Under the pieces are notes generated by a model. The model was given only the letters and a program-made list of their open reading frames with translations, was not told the origin of the DNA and made no database searches. From NCBI GenBank assembly GCA_037447605.1, contig CM074806.1, positions 3,410,001-3,474,000 of the forward strand: a DNA stretch of 64,000 nucleotides, given 5' to 3'. A program made the translations under genes and the position numbers. The DNA is from Zygnema circumcarinatum SAG 698-1b (Eukaryota > Plantae > Zygnematophyceae). The number at the start of each line of letters is the position of its first letter. The first letter of the stretch is position 1. This document shows, one piece after another, positions 18,649 through 28,460 of the stretch.

Positions 18649-21600
18649 CTACTGCAACAGCGCGAAGCTCTTGACGCTCTCGCCGAGCATGTTCCGCGCG
18701 GCGGAGGACGCGAGCTCCGTGGCGCGCTCCGTCCCCTGCACGCGCTCGCGCGCTCGGACGAAGCGCGCGAAGAGGCAGTCCGCGCGGAGGAGGCCCGAGG
18801 AGCGGTAGCTCGCCACGCTGCCGTCCAGAAACCCTTCCGCGTCGTCTCCCGGCACCACTTCGGCCCCGAAAACCTCACTGTACTCCAGCTTTTGATTCGC
18901 ACTGCCACCCACGCGTCATTCTCAGAACAACGTGTCAGTCAAATGTATCCTGTGCATAATTGGGCTCTGATAAAATACAAAGCAAAGCACGGCATGACTC
19001 GTTGCAGGTAGGGCGAAATAATGCGAAAGGAGAGGGGTTTCGCTTGATGTCTGTCTGCACTCACAGTCTATCCTTGTGGTCGGAGCGGAAGGTCTGCCCT
19101 AAAACCCCATGCGCATTGTCCGACAAGTCGGCCACCGGCATTTCAAAGTCGAAGTGCACAACGCCGTCCGTGGGGGTCCTCAACATCGCGATTTCTGGCC
19201 GCAATGTGAGCCTCAAACTCAGCACATCCGCGACCTTGATGTGGAACACATCCACAAAGTCATCGCCGCTGCGCCTCTTCGCCGCGAGCCACTTCACTTC
19301 AATGTCGCCATTGGCGCGGACGGCAGAGTCTCCCGCCTGCCCGAGCTCCACATCCTGACCGTCGATCATGAGGCGGCCCAGATAGCCGCCATCGTACTGC
19401 CACCTGGCGCCTTCCCGTGCCGCCAGCAGGATGGTGTGGTGGCCCCAAAGGACGCCGATTTGGCGGATCCATGTGAGGGCCTTGTGCGGGTTGCTGCCCC
19501 ACCGCCCGTAACGGCCGCCATAGAACACGTTGATGTGGAGGTGGGCGTCGCTGACGAGGCAAAAGGTGGTGTTGGGTTCGCCTGCTCGCAATGCACGCAT
19601 CCACATCCATCAACTTTGAAGAATTTGCAATTTCTCACCGCTACCTGTATTACCATTAAGCAATGTTCAAAGGTTTCATGCTGAACACTGAAGAAAAGAT
19701 GGAAACGCAAAAACTGTCAACCTTACATGTTATTACAGATCTTAAAAGCCATACCTGAAAAGTCGAAGCGGGAGCCATCGGCCCCAGTGTAGTGGGGGTC
19801 TCCCACTCCCCCGGGAGAGGGGGCAGACGCGGCGGGGCAGCTCGCGTCCCGGATGGAGGGGGCGTAGCACGCCTGCACGCCCAGGCTGATGTCGGCGGAG
19901 GTGGAAGCCAAGTTCGTGAGAGTCACGGCGCTGATCCATGCGTTACCCTGGAGAGTAGTGATAAGGGGGAGGAAGAGTGAGAGGCAGGGAGACAAATAGG
20001 ACGAGGGAGGAAGAAGGAAGATTGCGTGGGAGGGCAACCAGGAAAGTGGATGGAGAAGGAAGTGTTGAGAGAGGAGGATAAACGAGAGAAAGGTTGGGCA
20101 GAGCGAAAACGAGGCGGAGGGGCGAGGGGCAATACAGGTAAAAAGAATGACTAGATAAAACAGGGAAAGGAAAAAGACGGAAGAGTTAAAAGATTGGAAA
20201 CGAGAAGCGAATAGAGAGTAAAAAAGGCAGAAACTAGGTCGTCAAAGGGTGAGAGACACAAAGGAATAGACAGAGGCCGAAGGAAAAGGAGAAGGAGAAG
20301 CAAACGGAGAAAAAGGCGGTCGAAGAGTAAAACGAATGAGACGCAGAGTGAGTGAGTGCGAGAGAGAAAGGGAGTGAGAGAAAGGGAGTGAGAGAGAGGG
20401 AGCTGACCAGCACGCCTCCGGAGCTGCACTGGCCGTTGTTGAGGATGTTGACGGGGCAGAGCCCGCTGGAGGCCGTCACGTAGCAGCCGTCGATCTGCGC
20501 GGTCGCGATCTGGCCGCTGAGCGGATTGCCGCCCACGAAGAGCGCGCTCAGGAACTTCGCGTTCGCGGAAATGAGCGCCGATGTGCCCGTGGCGCCGCTG
20601 ATGGCGACCTGCGGGCATGCGCGCATGCATCCCCAAAGGTGAGGCGGAGAGAGGCAGGGGGAGGGAGGAAGGGAGGGGGCGAAGAATAGGGAGACGGAGA
20701 GAATCATCGAAATTCAACATTTATGGTCAAGGAACTGATTAACAAAAAAAAAAAAATCCTATACTACAATGAATATTCTCCTATTGAAAACATCACTTTA
20801 TTAGTTTATTTATTGACTTAGCATGATTGTGTTAGTGAGTGGTACATAGTTCATGAAGAGCATGTAGTTGTTTCGGAGTCTAGTTTTCATGCTTGTCTAG
20901 GATCTACACATCAGGTGGAGCATGTGGCGCATTCTGATTGGCCGCTGCATAGGCGCGGAGCGCTGTGATTGGTCGTGTTACGTGGCGCTCGGAGATGTAC
21001 GTGATTGTACGGACGGGGAGCTCCAGAAAACTCGCGGCGTTCCTTACGCCGGAAAATCATTGGCTTGCAAGGCGCGCAGTGGCGTGACGCGACGGAGAGT
21101 GTTCCGGAAGTCACGTCACACTGTGACTGATAAATTACGATGCAAATGAGTGAGCTGTAACCCTTAGTGCAGGCTGCTAGGTGCAGAGTAGAGGCTTGCC
21201 AGTGTGTGGTGAAGCTTTACAGCATAAGGGGGACACTCTTGTAGTGGAGTAGAGAAGCGCAGGAGGGGCTCTTGTTGTGTTCTTGTACTCCGTTTTGAAG
21301 TTAAGAGTTTTCAGCATTTGTGCATTCTCTTATCTTCTGAATCTTCGATCTGTTCATTCATTCTTTGCTTGGGGCAGTCTTTGCTTTGTGAGTGTGATTC
21401 TGTGTTTCCGCAAGGCTGGCGTCTCCTAGTCCAAGGAGTAGTGGGATGTCATCCTCGGAGGGATCCTCTACTAGGACCGGAGGCTCCACATCTACAAGTG
21501 GTATCAGAGCTAAAGACCGAGCAGAAGGTGATGACGATCGGAAGATTGGAGTGCCATTGTTTGATGGCCATAACTACAAGACGTGGAGGTGGCGAATGAA

Positions 21601-24600
21601 GAAAGTGCTGTTGAGCCGAGACCTACTTGGAGTTGTTGATGGCACGGAGGAGAGACCAACCACCGGTGCTGAAGATATCAAGGAGTGGCTTCGAAAGGAC
21701 AGGAAAGCTCAAGCACTTATCGCCTTAACTGTGAAGGATGAGCAGTCGCTTGCACTGCAAGAGTTAGAGACTAGTGCTGAAATGTGGAAGAGTCTAGAGG
21801 ATGTGTATGATGTCAAATCTCATACCACGGTTGTCCACTTGTACTCAGAACTAGGTAATTTGAGAATGTCCGAAGATGAAGAGCTGGCAGATTATATGCA
21901 GAGGTTCGATAGCTTGATGCAGAGGTTTGCCCTTGCAAGTAAGCCGTTGGACTCAGATCATAAGATCAGCGTCTTCTTAGAGGGTCTGCCCAAAAGATTT
22001 GAGTTTGCTGTCATTTCCATTAAGACACTTCTCACTACTGCCAATCTAACCATAAACGAGGTGAAGGGCAGAGTGAGGGAGGAGGATGAAAGGCAGGCAA
22101 AGGCTAAGGTTTCGAGTGACAAGGTGCTGGCGCTAAGGTGGTCGCAGCAAAAGCACAAAGGAGGGGGGAGACCCAAGGTGGACAAGCGCAGCTCGGGACT
22201 GAGTTGCTACAACTGCGGAAAGCCAGGACACGTGAAGACCAACTGCCCGGAGCTGAAGAAGGATAATGCGAGTGGAGCAGGCCCTTCTAAGTTAGCCGCA
22301 AAGGAGAAGGTCAAAGGAGCGTGTCACAAGTGCGGGAAGTTTGGCCACTTCAAGGCAAACTGTCCTGACGGAAATTCAGAGAAGACTCTAATGGCTGCTG
22401 AAGGCGAGTATTCAGAGTTTGCGAATGGAATCCAAGTGCGGGATTATGGATTGAGGCCTTGGCTGATTGATTCGGGAGCATCCAAGCATATGTGCGTGGA
22501 TGAGTCACTTTTCGTGGAGAAGAAGGCGCTGCAGCATGCACGTTCTGTTTATTCTGCCACCGGAGATGGAGTTGAGGTGACGCAAGGAGGATCGGTCGAG
22601 CTGGAGGTACTCAATGGGGGTGTAGGGGCAGTGCTGACCATAGGGAATGTGCTGCACACCCCGGGACTACAGAATAACTTTCTTTCTGTGAGTCAAATCT
22701 GCGAGGAAGGCTGCAAGGTGTGGTTTGATAGAGTGGCGTGCGCAGTAGTTGACGAGAATACCGGGAGGACCCTATGTAGAGGCATGCAAAAGAATGGCCT
22801 TTATTATCTGAATTGGGGTGGGAAGCCGGTGGAGGTGGTCAATTCAGTTGAAGAGGACCCCAAGGTGAGACTCTGGCATCGCAGACTTGGACACCTTGGA
22901 TTCAGAGGTTTGAAGCGCCTTGCAGATGAGAAGTTAGTCAGAGGATTGGATGTGGAAGGTGTTAGGGGAGAAGGACACGGGACTTGTGAAGATTGTGTCG
23001 CAGGAAAAGCTCATAGGCGGCCGTTTGGTCAAGGAGCGGTGGCGCAAATCTCTCGGGAGAGATTGGAGCTGGTGCACACAGACTTGTGCGGCCCTGTTAC
23101 CCCTACAAGCAAAGGTGGAGCTAACTATTTCATCACCTTTCTTGATGATTGCTCAAGGAAAGTATGGGTGAAAACGCTCACCAAGAAATCGGAAGCTTTT
23201 CAGGCCTTCAAGGAGTGGCAGCTGCAGGCCGAGAGGGAGACAGGGATGAAACTAAAAACTCTAAGGTCAGACAATGGTGGAGAGTACACTTCTCACCAGT
23301 TTAGAGATTACCTGAAGTCCCTCGGAGTGAAACATGAGTTCACTGCCCCTTACTCTCCTCAAAGTAACGGAGCTGCTGAGAGGATGAATAGGACGCTAGG
23401 AGATATGGCAAGGACTATGCTGAATGAGTCGCCATTTCCGCTATCGTTTTGGGCTGAGGCGATCACGGCGGCAGCGTATATTCGGAACAGGTGCCCTACA
23501 TCTGTCTTGAAGGATAAAGTTCCGGAGGAAGTGTGGACAGGCAAGAAGCCGACTGTTGAGCACTTTCGAGTTTGGGGCTCAAAGTGCTTTATTCACGTTC
23601 CAAAGCACAAGCAAGCGCAGAAGTTCAGTCCTCGATCTGTGGAAGGATACTTCCTTGGCTACAATGAAGATAGCCAGACTTACCGGATCTGGAACCCAGT
23701 CACAAAGAAGGTGGAAAGGAGTCGTGACATAATTGTGCAAGAATTCCACAAGCATTCAGAGAAGCTGGATGGAGAGAAGGACGTGAACACGAGAAGGCTT
23801 GTGTTTCCATGGGTTCCAGAAGATTCAGGAAGGGCTGAGGAAGCAGCATTACCACGGCCAGATATTCAGCATAGCCCACCGATGGAGCATGTCACTAATC
23901 CGCTAGATTCTGTACCTGAGGAGGGACCGCTTGAGGAGGAAGCACCCGAGGAGGAGGAGCCATCAGCGGACTTGCAGGTGCAGCCAGCAGAAGAGCGAAG
24001 AGAGGAGCCAGGATTCACTCCAAACTATGAAAGGAGGAGTGATCGTCCAACGAGGCAACCTGGTTGGTTGGCAGACTACCATCAACCACCATATTGGAAG
24101 GCAAAAAGGACGAAGAAGGTCAGAACACCTAGTGACTCAGCTGACTTTGCTGGCATTGCTGCATGCATGATGGCTCATATTTCAGAACCTCAGAGTTATG
24201 CGGAAGCTTTGCAGGGTGAGGATGCTGAAAAGTGGAGGACAGCAATAGATAGTGAGCTGAATAGTCTGAAAGAAAATGGAACCTGGAGGTTGGAAGAGCT
24301 TCCTAAGGGTAGGAAAGCTATAGGTTGCAAATGGGTGTTTAAGGTGAAGCGGAAGGCAGATGGGAGCGTAGATCGCTACAAGGCCAGGCTGGTTGCAAAG
24401 GGGTATAGCCAAAAAGAGGGCATTGATTACTCGGAGACTTTTGCACCAGTAGTTAAGTTCAATTCCCTTAGATCACTCATTTCAATTGCAGCAGCGGAGA
24501 GAATGCATGTCCATCAACTTGATATAAAGACTGCATTTCTCTATGGAGATCTAAGTGAGGAAATTTATATGGAGCAGCCGGAAGGTACAGTGGTGGAAGG

Positions 24601-27600
24601 ACAAGAACATCTCGTATGCAGGCTGGTAAAGAGTCTTTACGGCCTCAAGCAAGCACCCCGGATTTGGTACCAGAAGATAGACGATCTTTTACGGAGGAAT
24701 GGGTACAAGCGTTTTGAGTCAGACCACTTTGTCTACAGCAAAGGTATCGGGAAGGAGCTGCTATACGTGGGCATTTACGTGGACGATCTGATCATTGTAA
24801 GTTCCTCCATGCAAAGCATTCAGAGTCTGAAAGATTTGATGAAGGAGAACTTCCAGATGACAGATTTAGGAGAGGCCCAGTATCTGTTGGGAATTCAGCT
24901 CAAGAGGGGGCGTGATGGTAGCTTGTTCCTTTCCCAGGAGAAGTACGCTAAGGATGTCTTAGCAAAGTTTAGAATGGACAAGTGCACTCCATGCACAAGT
25001 CCCATGGATATGTCACAGAGGCTTTCAGAATCAATGTCACCCCAGTCTCAAGAGGAGGTGAAGAAAATGGAGAATGTGCCATACAGATCTGCCATTGGAA
25101 GCCTGATGTACCTGATGATTGGCACGAGGCCAGATCTTGCTAAGGCCGTCAGCGCAGCCAGCAGGTACATGCAGTTCCCTGGGGAGCGGCATTGGGAGGC
25201 GGTGAAGAGAATATTCAGGTTTCTGAAGGGGACTGTGGACTATGGGATTAAGTTTGAGGCAGGGAGTGGAAGTCAAGTGTATGGTTATACGGATGCAGAT
25301 TGGGGAGGGGATGTAGACACTGCTAGATCCACCTCAGGATACGCATTTGTGAACAGCGGTGGAGTTGTGACCTGGAGCTCGAAGCTTCAGGATTCCGTGG
25401 CGCTCTCAAGTACTGAGGCTGAGTATATGGCCGCCTGCCATGCAGCCAAGGAGGCCGTCTGGCTGCAGCAATTCTTCGAAGCGTGTGAGCGGCCCCAACT
25501 CCCCTTGAGGCTGTTAACTGATAACCAGTCTTCTATGACTCTGATGCAGAATCCTGTTTTTCATAAGAGGTCAAAGCATATTAGGATTCAATATCACTTT
25601 GTCCGTGAACTTGTTGTTGAAGGAAGGATAGCTGTGGATTTTGTTCCTACAAAGGATCAAGCAGCTGACATGCTCACTAAGGGGGTCAATGGGGAGACGC
25701 TGTGGAAGAACAGCATGCTTCTAGGATTGGGGCCTCTTAGGAACTAAGTACCAAGAGGGGGAATGTTACTGAGTGGTACATAGTTCATGAAGAGCATGTA
25801 GTTGTTTCGGAGTCTAGTTCGCATGCTTGTCTAGGATCTACACATCAGGTGGAGCATGTGGCGCATTCTGATTGGCCGCTGCATAGGCGCGGAGCGCTGT
25901 GATTGGTCGTGTTACGTGGCGCTCGGAGATGTACGTGATTGTACGGACGGGGAGCTCCAGAAAACTCGCGGCGTTCCTTACGCCGGAAAATCATTGGCTT
26001 GCAAGGCGCGCAGTGGCGTGACGCGACGGAGAGTGTTCCGGAAGTCACGTCACACTGTGACTGATAAATTACGATGCAAATGAGCGGGCTGTAACCCTTA
26101 GTGCAGGCTGCTAGGTGCATAGTAGAGGCTTGCCAGTGTGTGGTGAAGCTTTACAGCATAAGGGGGACACTCTTGTAGTGGAGTAGAGAAGCGCAGGAGG
26201 GGCTCTTGTTGTGTTCTTGTACTCCGTTTTGAAGTTAAGAGTTTTCAGCATTTGTGCATTCTCTTATCTTCTGAATCTTCGATCTGTTCATTCATTCTTT
26301 GCTTGGGGCAGTCTTTGCTTTGTGAGTGTGATTCTGTGTTTCCGCAAGGCTGGCGTCTCCTAGTCCAAGGAGTAGTGGGATGTCATCCTCGGAGGGATCC
26401 TCTACTAGGACCGGAGGCTCCACATCTATGTTAGTGTACATAGTTAGTTCAGATTAGCATGTTTGTGTTGGCGCTTAGTTCCTAGGGGTGTGCTTCTAGG
26501 TGTGACATGTATGGGGACGGACTTACTTCAGCGTGCACGCGGCGGCGAGACCGACCGCGCAACCGTACGGATAGTATGGACCGTACAGACCGNNNNNNNN
26601 NNCGGCTGTGCCTACGAAGCGCATGCGGAAGAAAGCACGAAAGAATGCCCAGGATCATTCTGCATCATTCTCAGGTGACATGGACATGATTGCCCATTGT
26701 TACATGGCCCATGCTGTTGAGCCTCAGACTTACGGGGAAGCTGTTGAGGGGCCAGATCAGATCAAGTGGCAGGAGGCCATTGATAGCGAGTGGAACAGTC
26801 TGATTGAGAATCAGACTTGGCGCCTGGAGAAGCTCCCACCTAGGAGGCGTGCCATCGGCTGCAAATGGGTCTTCAAGGTTAAGAGGAAGGCGGACGGCAG
26901 CATCGATAGGTACAAGGCGCGACTTGTGGCCAAGGGCTACAGTCAGAAGGAGGGGATTGACTACACAGAGACTTTCGCTCCTGTGGTGAAGTTCAACTCC
27001 CTCCGCTCCGTCATTTCTATTGCAGCCGCAAAGGGAATGCATGTCCACCAGTTGGACATCAAGACTGCTTTCTTGTATGGAGATCTTGATGAAGAGATAT
27101 ACANNNNNNNNNNAAGGAGCTCTTGCAGGAGAATTTCCAGATGACTGACCTTGGAGAGGCCCAATATCTCTTGGGGATCCAGCTGAAGAGGGGGCCAGAT
27201 GGTTCGCTATTCCTTTGTCAAAGGAAGTATGCAGAAGATGTGTTGCGGAAGTTCAACATGTGGGAGTGCAGGCCATGCACAAGTCCCATGGAGGCTGGAG
27301 TTCGCTTCACGAAGGAGATGTCCCCGTCTACAGAGGAGGAGGCAAAGGCAATGGCTGGAGTGCCATATCGATCTGCGATTGGGAGCCTCATGTATTTGAT
27401 GACAGGCACGAGGCCTGACCTTGCGAAAGCCGTGAGCACGGCAAGCAGATTCATGGAGAACCCCGGCGAGGAGCATTGGGAAGGAGTCAAGCGTATATTT
27501 CGGTTTCTGAAGGGAACTGTGGATTATGGCCTCAGGTTTGAGAGGGGGACTCGCAGCCGAGTCTATGGCTATACAGACGCTGACTGGGGAGGGGATTTGG

Positions 27601-28460
27601 ATTCATCCCGCTCCACATCTGGATACGTTTTCTTGAATGCAGGTGGGGCCATCACGTGGAACTCCACCTTGCAGTCTTCAGTGGCCCTCTCCAGCACTGA
27701 AGCAGAGTATATGGCAGCTTGCCATGCAGCCAGGGAGTGTGTGTGGCTGCGGAACTTCTTTGGGGAGTGTGAGCGGCCTCAACTCCCCTTTTTACTCTTC
27801 ACGGACAATCAGTCCTCTATTGCTCTAATGGGGAATCCGGTGTTCCACAAGCGGAGCAAGCATTTCCGGATCCAATACCATTACGTGAGACAGGAGGTGA
27901 GAGAAGGACTTGTTAGTATCAAGTTCATTGGAACCAGGGAGTAGGCGGCCGACATGCTGACGAAGGCAGTCAGTGGTGAGACCTTGAGGATTAATTCGGA
28001 TCTCATTGGGCTGGGGCCTCTCAGGAACTAAAGTGCCAAAGAGGGGGAATGTTAGTGTACATAGTTAGTTCAGATTAGCATGTTTGTGTTGGCGCTTAGT
28101 TNNNNNNNNNNGGAGGTCGAGGGTGCCGCTGAAGGAGCCGTCCCAGCACTTGTCGCAGAACAGCGATCCCACAATGGAGCTGCCGCTCTGCGCAACGCGC
28201 ACACAGAAAGGAAATTAGGACCAAAATGGGGGGTTTTAGGGGCTGGAACTATGATACAGTTGTGTCCATTTCATGAAGGTCTAACTGCCAAAAATGTGAA
28301 TACCACGACAAGCCTTTCCACAAGTTTTTACTTCTAGTGCTGAATTAGAATTTGTGCCTTTTGCGAAGCTTGATCGTACTGCGGCGGGCAGAAAGGACTG
28401 GAGCAACGCAGCGCAGAGCAGCCCAACGACCGCCGCCCAACTCCTCCCGTTTGCAGCCAT
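18649..28460 (-). CDS. Secreted protein: signal peptide, Ole e 1-like N-terminal domain and root-cap/LEA-like (vWD-like, GDPH) domain. Exons 28380-28460, 28187 to the gap at 28111, 20408-20608, 19755-19947, 19065-19581, 18649-18901; both copia elements lie between exons 2 and 3
   Basis: MAANGRSWAAVVGLLCAALLQSFLPAA; IVGSLFCDKCWDG; GDPHYTGADGSRFDFSG; FCLVSDAHLHIN; TWIRQIGVLWG; AHGVLGQTFR; YRSSGLLRADCLFARF. The link between the two 5' exons and the rest crosses an N-gap and is inferred. Confidence 0.8.
20830..21496 (+). repeat. 5' LTR of copia element 1
   Basis: Direct repeat of 25764-26428; starts TGTTAG and ends TCTACA; the left flank 5-mer is GATTG. Confidence 0.95.
21446..25747 (+). CDS. 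Copia Gag-Pol polyprotein (Gag with two CCHC knuckles, protease, integrase, RT, RNase H), 1433 aa
   Basis: CYNCGKPGHVKTNC, CHKCGKFGHFKANC, WLIDSGASKHM, HRRLGH..CEDC, SDNGGEY, AERMNRTL, YVDD, YTDADWG; order PR-INT-RT-RH. Confidence 0.97.
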   Translation: MSSSEGSSTRTGGSTSTSGIRAKDRAEGDDDRKIGVPLFDGHNYKTWRWRMKKVLLSRDLLGVVDGTEERPTTGAEDIKEWLRKDRKAQALIALTVKDEQSLALQELETSAEMWKSLEDVYDVKSHTTVVHLYSELGNLRMSEDEELADYMQRFDSLMQRFALASKPLDSDHKISVFLEGLPKRFEFAVISIKTLLTTANLTINEVKGRVREEDERQAKAKVSSDKVLALRWSQQKHKGGGRPKVDKRSSGLSCYNCGKPGHVKTNCPELKKDNASGAGPSKLAAKEKVKGACHKCGKFGHFKANCPDGNSEKTLMAAEGEYSEFANGIQVRDYGLRPWLIDSGASKHMCVDESLFVEKKALQHARSVYSATGDGVEVTQGGSVELEVLNGGVGAVLTIGNVLHTPGLQNNFLSVSQICEEGCKVWFDRVACAVVDENTGRTLCRGMQKNGLYYLNWGGKPVEVVNSVEEDPKVRLWHRRLGHLGFRGLKRLADEKLVRGLDVEGVRGEGHGTCEDCVAGKAHRRPFGQGAVAQISRERLELVHTDLCGPVTPTSKGGANYFITFLDDCSRKVWVKTLTKKSEAFQAFKEWQLQAERETGMKLKTLRSDNGGEYTSHQFRDYLKSLGVKHEFTAPYSPQSNGAAERMNRTLGDMARTMLNESPFPLSFWAEAITAAAYIRNRCPTSVLKDKVPEEVWTGKKPTVEHFRVWGSKCFIHVPKHKQAQKFSPRSVEGYFLGYNEDSQTYRIWNPVTKKVERSRDIIVQEFHKHSEKLDGEKDVNTRRLVFPWVPEDSGRAEEAALPRPDIQHSPPMEHVTNPLDSVPEEGPLEEEAPEEEEPSADLQVQPAEERREEPGFTPNYERRSDRPTRQPGWLADYHQPPYWKAKRTKKVRTPSDSADFAGIAACMMAHISEPQSYAEALQGEDAEKWRTAIDSELNSLKENGTWRLEELPKGRKAIGCKWVFKVKRKADGSVDRYKARLVAKGYSQKEGIDYSETFAPVVKFNSLRSLISIAAAERMHVHQLDIKTAFLYGDLSEEIYMEQPEGTVVEGQEHLVCRLVKSLYGLKQAPRIWYQKIDDLLRRNGYKRFESDHFVYSKGIGKELLYVGIYVDDLIIVSSSMQSIQSLKDLMKENFQMTDLGEAQYLLGIQLKRGRDGSLFLSQEKYAKDVLAKFRMDKCTPCTSPMDMSQRLSESMSPQSQEEVKKMENVPYRSAIGSLMYLMIGTRPDLAKAVSAASRYMQFPGERHWEAVKRIFRFLKGTVDYGIKFEAGSGSQVYGYTDADWGGDVDTARSTSGYAFVNSGGVVTWSSKLQDSVALSSTEAEYMAACHAAKEAVWLQQFFEACERPQLPLRLLTDNQSSMTLMQNPVFHKRSKHIRIQYHFVRELVVEGRIAVDFVPTKDQAADMLTKGVNGETLWKNSMLLGLGPLRN
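21499..21510 (+). other. Primer binding site complementary to initiator tRNA-Met
   Basis: TGGTATCAGAGC 2 nt after the LTR end. Confidence 0.95.
25764..26428 (+). repeat. 3' LTR of copia element 1, lacking its terminal CA
   Basis: Follows the PPT at 25753-25763; matches the 5' LTR up to ...CACATCTA, then switches to element 2. Confidence 0.95.
26429..28101 (+). mobile_element. Second, related Ty1/copia element (element 2), largely hidden by three N-gaps; RT/RNase H fragments with a premature stop at 27942-27944
   Basis: LTR start TGTTAGTGTACATAGTTAGTTCAGATTAGC at 26429 and again at 28050 after PPT AAAGAGGGGGAA; RT motifs CKWVFKVK, RYKARLVAKG and HQLDIKTAFL; ends LGPLRN* like element 1. Confidence 0.93.

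Larger units (their letters stand above)
20830..26428 (+). mobile_element. Full-length Ty1/copia LTR retrotransposon (element 1), apparently recent
   Basis: 667-bp 5' LTR (TG...CA), PBS TGGTATCAGAGC, single intact gag-pol ORF, PPT AAGAGGGGGAA, and a 3' LTR with 6 substitutions versus the 5' LTR by manual comparison. Confidence 0.98.

Noticed and set aside
20922-21599. Small ORFs duplicated at 25845-26434
   Set aside because: They are incidental frames within the two LTR copies.
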